59,213 bases of DNA from a virus. Lineage: Duplodnaviria > Caudoviricetes. The stretch covers positions 1 through 59,213 of the IMG/VR virus record IMGVR_UViG_3300012894_000001; one strand, 5' to 3'. This document shows positions 8,713 to 16,769 of this stretch, piece after piece. Position numbers and translations under genes: made by a program. The notes under the pieces are model-generated. The model ran no database searches. It worked only from the letters and a program-made list of their open reading frames with translations, and was not told where the DNA came from. Positions within the stretch are counted from its first letter, which is position 1. Every line of letters starts with the position of its first letter.

Positions 8713-9161
8713 AGGTGCTGCATAAGCTGGCGCAGGTGCTACCGGAGCGGTTCAAGTTCAGCGCCGCCGATCCGGATCGCTTTCTCGTCCATCTGCCGCA
8801 CACCCTGCGAGGAGACCCGAAGCGTTGGCTTACCATCTTCTATCGCGACGAAGGCGAATGGGAGCTGGAAGAAATTGATGGGTACATGTGGCTTGAGTTC
8901 GCGCTCAGAGAGGAGTGCGAGGCACGGGATTGGCCTTGGGTGACGCAACAATTTATGAAGAAGTGGCATCCGGACCGGGGCTGCAAGGCACTTGTGTACC
9001 GTCCTGGTCTGCCTGTCGATAGCTGGGGCAAGCAGCAAGACTTCTTGGAAGCAGAGGCCAGCACCCCAGCCCACGCCCTCGCCATGGCGTTCCTCGCCGC
9101 CCTGGCCCCTGCCCCCGCCGAGGCCGAGCAGCAGCAGGGGAATGAGGAGGGAATGGGATGA
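8697..9161 (+). CDS. Hypothetical protein
   Basis: TTGA coupling; C-terminal TPAHALAMAFLAAL motif typical of small phage proteins. Confidence 0.7.
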   Translation: MSGLGEVLHKLAQVLPERFKFSAADPDRFLVHLPHTLRGDPKRWLTIFYRDEGEWELEEIDGYMWLEFALREECEARDWPWVTQQFMKKWHPDRGCKALVYRPGLPVDSWGKQQDFLEAEASTPAHALAMAFLAALAPAPAEAEQQQGNEEGMG

Positions 9162-9697
9162 GTGAAATGATTCGAGGCTTGACGTTGCGCCACCCGTGGG
9201 CATGGGCATTCTTGAAGGGCAAGGATGTCGAGAACCGGACGTGGCGTCCAGAGAGGCAAGGCGGCAAGGTCGGGATGTTCGTCGCTCTGCACGGGGGTCT
9301 GCCCCCGAAGAAGACGGATCACGACTACCACGACGAGATCGCCCACGCCCTGGAGTGGATGGACGATTTAGGTCTCATCCCCGGTGTTGAGTTGCCGGAC
9401 TTCGGGCATTACTACCAGCCGAATATCATCCGTGGCATCTCACCATCCGCTACGGCTGAGAACACCGCCCGCTTCTGCCTGCCTGGGATTGTCGCCGTCG
9501 GCCGGTTGACCAGCGTTTCTGACAACAGTGAGTCACCGTGGGCTGCCGAGGACCAGCAGCACTGGCATATGGATGTAGTGGTGCTGCCTGAACCCGTCCC
9601 GCATCGTGGTGGTCAGGGTCTCTGGACGGTAGAGCCGGACGCGTTGCTGCAAGTGCGGCAGGGCTGGAAGCGTGCTAACGAGGGAGGAATGGAATGA
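9158..9697 (+). CDS. ASCH/PUA-like domain protein
   Basis: LTLRHPWAWAFLKGKDVENRTW..LHGG..PVPHRGGQGLW. Confidence 0.85.
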   Translation: MSEMIRGLTLRHPWAWAFLKGKDVENRTWRPERQGGKVGMFVALHGGLPPKKTDHDYHDEIAHALEWMDDLGLIPGVELPDFGHYYQPNIIRGISPSATAENTARFCLPGIVAVGRLTSVSDNSESPWAAEDQQHWHMDVVVLPEPVPHRGGQGLWTVEPDALLQVRQGWKRANEGGME

Positions 9698-10023
9698 AGG
9701 CAAAAGCATTGGTTGAACGTCTCAGCACGCTGACCGCAGAGAAAGGGCAGGACATGGAAGTGCGGTTGATGGTGGACAGTGGGGACGGCACATGTCTCGG
9801 TGCCTGCGAACTGCAGGACATCTGGTGCGGTGAGGATGTGGCGGGGACGCAGCTGTGGATCATGCTGTCCGGCACCGAGGGCACCACGACGGCAGAAGCG
9901 GGGAACACCGAGGCCTCACCCTGCCCGAACTGTGGTCGGGAGTCGAATGCACCCCAGAAGGACGGGCGCATCTACTGTTTTTCGTGCGGACAGGACTACC
10001 GCCAGGGGGAAGCGTGGCCATGA
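9694..10023 (+). CDS. Hypothetical protein with C-terminal Zn ribbon
   Basis: ATGA coupling; CPNC..CFSC. Confidence 0.7.
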   Translation: MKAKALVERLSTLTAEKGQDMEVRLMVDSGDGTCLGACELQDIWCGEDVAGTQLWIMLSGTEGTTTAEAGNTEASPCPNCGRESNAPQKDGRIYCFSCGQDYRQGEAWP

Positions 10024-10916
10024 AAGAGCATGTCATGAAACGGGACAAGGAAGGGCTGTGCTGCGTGATCTGCGGGGCGTGGGACACAGATTCAGATTTC
10101 ACAGCAGAGTGCACTGGCTCAGTGGTAACGCAGGAGGTGATCGACAAGCTGGTCGAGCCAGTGACCCCCGACCGGACCCCCGCGCCCGCCCAGGCCGGAG
10201 CTGGGGAGTTTATGGTCTGGATCGCCGTCGGGCCCAGCGGCAAGATCGTGTCTGCGTCCAGAGAGCGTTACCCCTCGGACGGGAGGGAGCAGCACGTTTC
10301 AAGGGAGCAGTTTGCGCGCGAGTTCGGGCGCCCCGACAGTGTGGTCTTGCTTGTGCCCGGCCCGGTCACTCTCGGAGGGCAGGTTCCGGCCAAGCACTTG
10401 ACCGCCGCGCTCCGCCTCCTCGCTCAGCAGCCTGCCGCCCAGGCCCAGGCCCCGGCTGAGGCTGGGCAGCTAGAGGTCGTGTCGGCGGCCGTCCATGACG
10501 AGTGGATGGAAGAGCAGCGTAGGCGAGGCCGGACCAGCTCAGTCGGGCGTGACGGTGAAGAGTACATGGTGCCGTACTCGGAACTCAGCGAGGCCGCAAA
10601 AGAGCTTGACCGCGTGACCGTGCGGGCCGTACTGAAGCACGTTGCCCAGCCCGTCGCCCCGGCTGAGGAGAACAAGCGGCTGCGAGAGGCGCTGACGGAA
10701 GCCCTGCCTGTGCTTGACGCAGTGCTGGCCCGCAGGCGAGTTCTCGACAATATGGCTGGCCCGACGATGGGCCGCCACCCCATGCAGGACGAGTACAACA
10801 GTGCCGAGGCAGCCCTCGGCCGGTTGGTGCGGAGTCCGATCCGGTTCAGCATGATGATTGACCGTGCCCGCGCTGCTCTGGCCGCCGCCGAAGCCGGGAC
10901 CGAGGCAGGGGCGTGA
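10020..10916 (+). CDS. Mosaic protein containing a RyR-repeat-like domain
   Basis: VHDEWMEEQRRRG..MVPYSELSEAAKELDR matches the RyR domain pattern; segments are separated by APAEA linkers. Confidence 0.7.
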   Translation: MKEHVMKRDKEGLCCVICGAWDTDSDFTAECTGSVVTQEVIDKLVEPVTPDRTPAPAQAGAGEFMVWIAVGPSGKIVSASRERYPSDGREQHVSREQFAREFGRPDSVVLLVPGPVTLGGQVPAKHLTAALRLLAQQPAAQAQAPAEAGQLEVVSAAVHDEWMEEQRRRGRTSSVGRDGEEYMVPYSELSEAAKELDRVTVRAVLKHVAQPVAPAEENKRLREALTEALPVLDAVLARRRVLDNMAGPTMGRHPMQDEYNSAEAALGRLVRSPIRFSMMIDRARAALAAAEAGTEAGA

Positions 10917-11356
10917 GCGGGCTGGGGTTCAGCACCCTTCCGGCCGATGCGCAGTACTGGCTGGCCGACCATTACCTGCACTTCATTCCGACACCCATTA
11001 CGCCAGAGCAGCCCGTGCCGCTCATGGATGACGCTACGTATGCCCGCTTTATGGAAGCCACGCAAAACGAGATCATCAAATTCAATTCAGCTCAGGATTT
11101 CCTCGAATTCTGGTGGTTGAGCCGGGAGGATTCGGGCAACCGTAACAAGAAGCAGCGGGCCGTGATGCAGGTCGAGTACGAGGCCGAGCGTGAGCGCGTG
11201 AGGGCGCAGCGGGACCGCACCGCTCAATACGTCGGATACGCCCAAGCACTCCGGGCAAGACGTGAGGAGGTCCGGGTAGCCGCACTGGCAAGCGCATTAG
11301 CCGAGCAAACTGCCGCTTTAGAGCAGAGTGATGGGGAGGTGGACCGTGGGGAATGA
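10913..11356 (+). CDS. Hypothetical protein
   Basis: GTGA coupling; coiled-coil-like C-terminus. Confidence 0.65.
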   Translation: MSGLGFSTLPADAQYWLADHYLHFIPTPITPEQPVPLMDDATYARFMEATQNEIIKFNSAQDFLEFWWLSREDSGNRNKKQRAVMQVEYEAERERVRAQRDRTAQYVGYAQALRARREEVRVAALASALAEQTAALEQSDGEVDRGE

Positions 11357-11732
11357 CGTGAGCGTGACGACCCCAGTGCACAAGGCCAGGAAGGCGCACC
11401 GATGCGAGGAGTGCTGGCAGACCATCCAGCCCGGCGAGGCGTATCTCCGCAACAGCGGTGTGTTCGAGGGGGAGCCGTACTCCTACCCGCTCTGTCAGAA
11501 GTGCGAGGCGCTCTGGCGGCTCTGCTGGGAGCATTCGGACCGCTTCCACTTCGACCACGGCGACCCGGTACCCGTCAGCGGGCTGCGCGACCACTTTGTG
11601 GACATCGACGTGCTGCAACGTGACGAGGTCTGGAGCATCTGTGGCGTGACGCTGGAGTTTGCCGACCTGCTGGAATACGCGCCTGATCGACCGTGGCTTC
11701 CGGTGCAGCCGCTTCCACGGGCAACCCAGTGA
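11328..11732 (+). CDS. Phage Zn-binding hypothetical protein
   Basis: KARKAHRCEEC..IQPGEAY..CQKC is a common phage family; true start probably slightly downstream. Confidence 0.75.
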   Translation: MMGRWTVGNDVSVTTPVHKARKAHRCEECWQTIQPGEAYLRNSGVFEGEPYSYPLCQKCEALWRLCWEHSDRFHFDHGDPVPVSGLRDHFVDIDVLQRDEVWSICGVTLEFADLLEYAPDRPWLPVQPLPRATQ

Positions 11733-11950
11733 CCTCGGCGGGCCGGGGCGCAGGCGAGAGCGGGTGTGAGGCGAAGTCTGCGCTGTCAGGCAACTACACG
11801 CACGCCCACGGTGAAGCCGAGCGCCGCCTGAAGACCGGTGCCCGTCAAGGTCGCTGCCTGACGTGCAAGCTGTGGCGCTGGGCAGACGAACCCTGCCCGC
11901 TGGCGACGTTTGCGAAAGGCAAGGCTCCCAAACCTGAGCCTATCCAGTGA
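11729..11950 (+). CDS. Small Cys-containing hypothetical protein, last gene of the early operon
   Basis: GTGA coupling; CLTC motif. Confidence 0.5.
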   Translation: MTSAGRGAGESGCEAKSALSGNYTHAHGEAERRLKTGARQGRCLTCKLWRWADEPCPLATFAKGKAPKPEPIQ

Positions 11951-12021
11951 CCCACCTGCCTTGCCCAGCTATCTAAAAGGCCAGAACTTATACTGCCTAG
12001 TTGTTTTTAGGCCGCATAAAT

Positions 12022-12052
12022 GACAAGAGGCCGACGTATTGTCGGCCCCCCG
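12022..12052 (-). terminator. Hairpin/terminator closing the tRNA-like transcript
   Basis: GGCCGAC-N5-GTCGGCC stem followed by TCTTGTCATTT on the minus strand. Confidence 0.6.
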
Positions 12053-12085
12053 TTGACCTACTATCTGGCTTTCGGCTGGTCTGCC

Positions 12086-12156
12086 GGGGAAACGTTGGAA
12101 TCGAACCAACTCCTAGACGGCGCTGCCGCATCGCTCTCCCAATGAGCTGCTTCCCC
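12086..12156 (-). ncRNA. tRNA-like RNA C (canonical D and T arms, aberrant anticodon arm)
   Basis: GGGGAAG/TTTCCCC acceptor, GCTC-ATTGGGA-GAGC D arm, GTTGG-TTCGATT-CCAAC T arm; no 5-bp stem with 7-nt anticodon loop. Confidence 0.75.
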
Positions 12157-12180
12157 ATTTCGGGCCATCTTATTAAGCGC

Positions 12181-12250
12181 TGGCCTTCCCAGGTGGGGTA
12201 TCACTCCCCCACATCGCGCTGCGCAGCTCTCGCGTCTTGATACGCAGGCC
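12181..12250 (-). ncRNA. Putative cloverleaf-like structured RNA B
   Basis: GGCCT/AGGCC closing stem ending in CCA; internal hairpins GCGT/ACGC, GCTG/CAGC and GTGGGG/CCCCAC. Confidence 0.45.
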
Positions 12251-12263
12251 CTGCACGGGCATC

Positions 12264-12336
12264 TGGTCGCTCCGCCCGGAATCAAACCGGAATTACCAAC
12301 TTTATCGCTGGCGTCTTTTCATTAAACGACAGAACT
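12264..12336 (-). ncRNA. tRNA-like RNA A (73 nt, encoded CCA, 6-nt anticodon loop)
   Basis: AGTTCTG TC GTTT AATGAAA AGAC G CCAGC GATAAA GTTGG TAAT TCCGG TTTGATT CCGGG CGGAGCG ACCA folds as a cloverleaf. Confidence 0.8.
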
Positions 12337-12374
12337 GTTGTCAAGAAGCGGGTCGAGCCCGCCCCCTTCCTAAG

Positions 12375-12404
12375 AGTTTAACCCTTTAGACGTCTGGACG
12401 TCTA
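12375..12404 (-). promoter_or_regulatory. Putative promoter for the tRNA-like array, overlapping partition repeats
   Basis: TAGACG-N18-TAAACT on the minus strand; AGACGTCT-GGACGTCT repeats cover the -35 element. Confidence 0.5.
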
Positions 12405-12656
12405 GCTGTTCAACCATTCAGACAGCAGCCGGTTCATGAGCGTGCTCAGGTCTTCATCCGTGCCCAACAGCTGCCGCTGGGCGTTGAGCTTTACATCTTT
12501 CTGCAGATAGAGCGTGGTCTTTTCAAAGGCAGCGTTGCTGGATTTCCCGCCCCGGCCGCTTGGCTGTTCAGGCGTCTGAACGTCTGGACGGCTGGGCGTC
12601 TCGCTTGCTTTTTCCCTGAAGTTGCTGACCATGCCGAACCGACTGGGCTTGCTCAC
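12402..12656 (-). CDS. Small ParG-like (ribbon-helix-helix) partition adaptor
   Basis: Directly downstream of ParA; flexible N-terminus plus KTTLYLQKDV..LSTLMNRLLSEWL RHH-like C-terminus. Confidence 0.75.
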   Translation of the reverse strand: MSKPSRFGMVSNFREKASETPSRPDVQTPEQPSGRGGKSSNAAFEKTTLYLQKDVKLNAQRQLLGTDEDLSTLMNRLLSEWLNS

Positions 12657-13260
12657 CGGGCCGCCTCGGCAAAGGCCATCATTTCCCGCGTGGCGCTTTC
12701 GTAGTCCATGCCCGCAATCCGGGCGCGGATGTTCTTCAGGTTCCCCACCGTGACGCCCTGGGCAGACGCATCTTCAAACGCCTCGCTGCGCCTGATCTGG
12801 CTTTCCAGAACAGGGACGCCCAGCCCGGTCAGATAGTCCCGCGCCGCCTCCGCTTTGGTCGACGGGTGAGGTGGGACGATGGTCAGCAGCACCCTGAAAG
12901 CCCGCCCGCTCTTTCGCAGCACGTCCGCCGTCTCCAGCACTGCGCTCAGGGCCAGGGTGGACGGCGGGGAAGGCAAGATGACCAGATCGCTCTGGTGTGC
13001 CAGGTCGGTGATGTCCCCGTCTGCCAACCCGCCCTCGGTGTCGATCACCACATGCGCGAAGTCCTGGCTGGCCTGCCCCGCCTCGCTCTCAGGGAGCACC
13101 GTGAAGGGCAGTAGTCCCGCGCTCGCCCAGAGTGTCGCGCTGCGGGTATCGTCCCCGTCTATGAGCAGCGTGGGGCCACGGCGGGCTAGGTAGCTGGCGA
13201 CGTGTACGGCTGAGGTCGTCTTACTGACGCCCCTTTTTTACTGATAAACGACAAGATCAT
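12653..13260 (-). pseudogene. parA: ParA/ParF-type partition ATPase with a 1-nt frameshift in the Walker A motif
   Basis: ATG 13260 gives MILSFISKKG; the other frame continues GVSKTTSAVHVA..LLIDGD..HVVIDTEG; one G is missing in the A6G4 run at 13230-13239. Confidence 0.85.
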
Positions 13261-13267
13261 GCCGGGA

Positions 13268-13326
13268 ATCATGCGGCTAAATGTCTGAGAGTTCAAGCGT
13301 TCAGACGTCTAAACGTCTCGACGGCT
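13268..13326. promoter_or_regulatory. parA leaderless promoter and tandem 8-bp centromere/operator-like repeats
   Basis: Minus strand TTGAAC-N17-CATGAT-N7-ATG; tandem AAGCGTTC AGACGTCT AAACGTCT CGACGGCT; the same unit occurs near 12388-12403 and 12571-12601. Confidence 0.7.
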
Positions 13327-13363
13327 GCGGCTTGGAGGATAGTTACCGGACTACTCGGCTGAT

Positions 13364-13642
13364 TTGCCCTACCCTGTCCCAGTGCGCCCTTTCTACTCTC
13401 CGGTCGAAGCCGCCGGTCTCCTCGCTGACGCCTGGGCCGCCGATAGGGGAGAGGAGGGGTGGGTCGATCCGGTCACGCTAGAAGCGCTGGCGTGGTCTCT
13501 CGATGCTGACCCGGAGTATCTGGAGGAGACGTGGCAGGCGTGGGCGGACGAGCTGGAGGCGCAGGGGTATACACCGACTGAGCTGGACGAGGCGCGGTAC
13601 TGGCTCGACGTGGTGGTGATCGGGGGAATAGGGGAGAGCTGA
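13364..13642 (+). CDS. Small, highly acidic, Trp-rich protein
   Basis: About 20 D/E versus 3 R and no K in 92 aa; divergent from parA. Confidence 0.65.
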   Translation: MPYPVPVRPFYSPVEAAGLLADAWAADRGEEGWVDPVTLEALAWSLDADPEYLEETWQAWADELEAQGYTPTELDEARYWLDVVVIGGIGES

Positions 13643-13796
13643 GGTGAAAAGGCGCCCCCGCCTAGACGCTTCTCAGCGCGGGCGGGGGCTTCTGGGCCTT
13701 AGTTCCTCTTTTTAACTATCTCGCCTCGTTTACCCCCGAGCCTCACTATCAGGGCACCCAGGACCACAGTTTAGCGTTTACGGCGCAAGGTGTCCG

Positions 13797-14144
13797 TCAC
13801 TTCAGCTGGATGTACACAGGACGGTCGCCGCTGCCGGCCCGATAGAAGGTGGCGCTGGCGTTCTTCAGCGTGCCGGTGATGCTTAGGCGGTAGCCCTTGC
13901 CGCTCGGCACGTCGCCCACTGGACAGATCCAGCTCTTGCTGTACGGCGTGCATTTCGCACCCACCACCGTCACCGGCCCGAACAGCGTCACCACCGCGTC
14001 CTCGGCGACCGTGGCGGCCGGGTTGGACAACAGCACCGTCGCGCCGTCGGTGGTCAGCGTGGCGGGCTCGCCCTGCACCGCTGAGAGGATCGGAGCGCAC
14101 GAGGCCAGGAACCCGGCCACCAGGATGATCAGCATCTTCTTCAC
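13797..14144 (-). CDS. Lipoprotein in the lysis cassette (possible outer-membrane lysis factor)
   Basis: MKKMLIILVAGFLASC lipobox; last gene of the late operon. Confidence 0.75.
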   Translation of the reverse strand: MKKMLIILVAGFLASCAPILSAVQGEPATLTTDGATVLLSNPAATVAEDAVVTLFGPVTVVGAKCTPYSKSWICPVGDVPSGKGYRLSITGTLKNASATFYRAGSGDRPVYIQLK

Positions 14145-14308
14145 AGCCCCACCTCGCTTTCCAGTTCGAGAATCTTGGCCTGCATCTCCCCGCGCGTCTG
14201 CGGGTCGAGACGGGCCGTACCGTCGGTCAGGTCGCGCACCAGGCGCAGGGCCAGCAGCAGCTCTTCCGCGTTCGGGATTGACTTCTTGAGTAGTTCGAAG
14301 ATGTTCAC
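14141..14308 (-). CDS. Small hypothetical protein (55 aa)
   Basis: GTG start with GGAGG SD, coupled by GTGA overlaps on both sides; read by hand, below the ORF-track cutoff. Confidence 0.6.
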   Translation of the reverse strand: MNIFELLKKSIPNAEELLLALRLVRDLTDGTARLDPQTRGEMQAKILELESEVGL

Positions 14309-14787
14309 TTCAGGTCCTCCAGTCCAGTCGGTGCCGGGACGTTCTGCAAGTCGGCGTAGGTGGCTGGGGCGTACCCAGCCGGGAGATCAGAGGCGGTACC
14401 CATCTGGACGGCTTGCCCAGCCTTGGCAGCGTCGATCTGCTTCTGGTAGTCCCCGAAGCCTTTGATGATCGCCGTGGCGTAAGCACCCAGGGCCGCCCAC
14501 CAGCCCGCCGAGCCGGAGCCGAAGGCGTGGCTGAACAGGCCAAAGCCCAGCACGAAGGCGGTGCTGAGCACGATGTACACGTAGCGGGTGGTGTCCCCCT
14601 GGAAGCCCAGGCGCTTCTTCAGCAGTGTCGTGAGTGGGCTGGCGACTTCCTTGACCAGCCAGCCGATCACCACACTGGCAAGCGTCCAGATGTAGTCGGG
14701 CACCTGAGCAGCCCCCACCACCGGGGCCGCACTCTGGGCGAAAGCGAACGAGCATGCCAGAACCAACATGGGCCAGATCCACTTCAT
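14305..14787 (-). CDS. Holin-like membrane protein
   Basis: Signal-like N-terminus plus about three TM segments; immediately downstream of the endolysin. Confidence 0.7.
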   Translation of the reverse strand: MKWIWPMLVLACSFAFAQSAAPVVGAAQVPDYIWTLASVVIGWLVKEVASPLTTLLKKRLGFQGDTTRYVYIVLSTAFVLGFGLFSHAFGSGSAGWWAALGAYATAIIKGFGDYQKQIDAAKAGQAVQMGTASDLPAGYAPATYADLQNVPAPTGLEDLK

Positions 14788-15548
14788 AACTTCCTCCTGT
14801 TCTCGATGGCGAAGCCGACCAGCTCGCCCGTCTGTTTGTTCTTGACCAGGCTGACCCGGTCGTACCCCTGGGCGTTCTTGAGCCGCAGAATCACCTGTTC
14901 TTCAGAGGCAGGCTTGACCACGGCGGGCGCAGGTTGAGCGACCGGCGGCGGCACCGTTACCCGTTCGGCCCGGTCTTGCCACTCGGCGAGCTTCGTGCCG
15001 TTGATCGGGTCGGTCCACTGGAAGTGCATGCCGTCGGCGTACGCACCCGTCCAGCGCCCACCCCAGGTCCAGCCGTACTCCTCGAACACCTGCACCACGT
15101 CCCGGTTGATCTGCATCCGCTCGAGCGGCACGCCGTACCCGTTCCAGGCCGCGTCGAGGTCGATGGCCGCCCCGAAGGCGTGCACGCTCAGTGCCCGGGC
15201 CGGGTCGTGGCCCATGTGGCGGCCCACGAAGGCGCCGTTGTAGGTCTTGAGCTTGCTGGCCAGGCCGCGCCGGACCACCTCGGCCCAGGTGGCAATCAGC
15301 ACCGGCGCGACCAGGCGGTGCAGGGTGATGCTCTTGACCACCACGCCGGGGTAGGCGGGCCAGCCGGGCAGGCTGCTGATCGGGACGCGCACCAGGTTGG
15401 CAGCGGCCCAGGACGGTGAGGGGTCGAAGTTGCCGCCGCCGGTCTCGCGGGCGCCGGGGCCCTTCGGGTTACCGTAGGCGGCCATGAGCTGCGCGGTAGT
15501 CTCACCGGCCGGGCGGGCGCGGATGGCCGCAGCGATGTCTAGGGTCAT
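14784..15548 (-). CDS. Endolysin, M15-family Zn peptidase
   Basis: SVHAFGAAIDLD and WGGRW..DGMHFQ motifs; start at MTLDIAAA (ATGA overlap). Confidence 0.9.
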   Translation of the reverse strand: MTLDIAAAIRARPAGETTAQLMAAYGNPKGPGARETGGGNFDPSPSWAAANLVRVPISSLPGWPAYPGVVVKSITLHRLVAPVLIATWAEVVRRGLASKLKTYNGAFVGRHMGHDPARALSVHAFGAAIDLDAAWNGYGVPLERMQINRDVVQVFEEYGWTWGGRWTGAYADGMHFQWTDPINGTKLAEWQDRAERVTVPPPVAQPAPAVVKPASEEQVILRLKNAQGYDRVSLVKNKQTGELVGFAIENRRKL

Positions 15549-16078
15549 GCTTTCCACCTCTCGAGTTCCTTCTCGGCCGTGTGCGCCCTGGCCTCGGCCA
15601 CCTCCGCCCGGACCCGGTACTCGGCCAGGGTGTCCCAGATGGTCGGTCGCGTGCACAGCCGCCACGTCAGCACGATGGTCGCCAACTCGGCCAGCAGGAA
15701 GCTGAGCGTCGCCGGGTTGCCGGTGTAGACGTTCCGCGCGAAGTTCATCATCAGCGCCGTCGCCACCACCACCCAGGCGGCCCGCGTCTGCCACGGGGCC
15801 TCACGCACGTACCAGAGCGCGTAGGCGATGATCAGTGCCGGCACCCAGCGGCCGATCACCAGCAGCAGCCCGCTCACGCTGGTGTGCAGCTCCGGGATGA
15901 TCTGAGTCGACCCGATCACCGTGTCGCCGATGTCGGCCAGCACCGCCGGTACGAAGGCGCCCAGCAGGATCACTCCGCCCAGGAACACCACCAGCAGCGC
16001 GTCCCCCCACGTCCAGGCCGGGCCGCGCCGGGCGTGCGCGCGCTCCACGAGCCGTTCAGCTTGTTTTGTTGCCATCAT
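15545..16078 (-). CDS. Multi-TM membrane protein (lysis module)
   Basis: About four hydrophobic segments and a C-terminal coiled coil. Confidence 0.7.
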   Translation of the reverse strand: MMATKQAERLVERAHARRGPAWTWGDALLVVFLGGVILLGAFVPAVLADIGDTVIGSTQIIPELHTSVSGLLLVIGRWVPALIIAYALWYVREAPWQTRAAWVVVATALMMNFARNVYTGNPATLSFLLAELATIVLTWRLCTRPTIWDTLAEYRVRAEVAEARAHTAEKELERWKA

Positions 16079-16430
16079 TCGGACCCTCCTTTTTCGTGAG
16101 TGAGACGCCATATTTGCCACTGATCAGGCCTGCCGCGAAGCTCCAGAGCGGCGGGCCGATGGAGCCGTAGACCATCGCCAGCCCCATCGCCGCCTTGATC
16201 TGGAGAGGCTTGATGCTGTCCTGGATCAGCAGCAGCGAGACGGCCGCCAGCGTGCCGTACAGGGTGTCTCGCATCACCTCGCCGAGCGTGGTCGGCACCT
16301 GCCCGGCGCGGCGCAGGTTGTCGCGTTCCTTGCTGGCCCGGAGCCAGCTGACCACCAGGGAGAGCACCACGCTCACGGTCAACAGGACGATGAAGCGCAG
16401 CCCGATCAGTTCCTGCAGCTCTGGTGTCAT
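16056..16430 (-). CDS. Membrane protein, holin-like
   Basis: About three hydrophobic segments; upstream of the endolysin. Confidence 0.65.
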   Translation of the reverse strand: MTPELQELIGLRFIVLLTVSVVLSLVVSWLRASKERDNLRRAGQVPTTLGEVMRDTLYGTLAAVSLLLIQDSIKPLQIKAAMGLAMVYGSIGPPLWSFAAGLISGKYGVSLTKKEGPNDGNKTS

Positions 16431-16756
16431 TCCACCCCCTCGGGGACGCGCCACCAGCGGCCGGAGCGGTCCTGCCATTCGACCCACCACCAGCTCGGGG
16501 TCTCCCGGATCAGTGCGCGGTTGGGGAACAACTCTTCGCGGCCGGGCGGGTTGTCGGGGAGGGAGCCGCCGAGCAGGGAGGCGTAGCGGACGTAGGCCAC
16601 ACCCTTGCAGCCGGGGCGCTGGCGAATCTCCAGGCGCTTGTCGAGCAGGTTTCCGGGCGTGGCAGTGACGGTAACCCGGCAGAGGGTGGGGGCAGGAGGC
16701 GAGAGGGAAGCGGACGCGGCCCCGGACAGCAGGGCCGCGAGCAAGACATGTTTCAT
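16427..16756 (-). CDS. Secreted hypothetical protein
   Basis: MKHVLLAALLSGAASA signal peptide; GGAGAG SD. Confidence 0.7.
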   Translation of the reverse strand: MKHVLLAALLSGAASASLSPPAPTLCRVTVTATPGNLLDKRLEIRQRPGCKGVAYVRYASLLGGSLPDNPPGREELFPNRALIRETPSWWWVEWQDRSGRWWRVPEGVE

Positions 16757-16769
16757 GGACTCTCCAGGG

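Noticed and set aside
12001-12285. Short ORFs 12001-12240 (+) and 12061-12285 (-)
   Set aside because: No SD or codon bias, and they overlap the structured RNA elements.
12086-12336. Calling the cloverleaves functional tRNAs with assigned anticodons
   Set aside because: Neither has a canonical 7-nt anticodon loop with U33, so no amino acid can be assigned.
12388-13326. Short repeats as a CRISPR array
   Set aside because: Units are 8 bp and tandem with no spacers; no cas genes are present.
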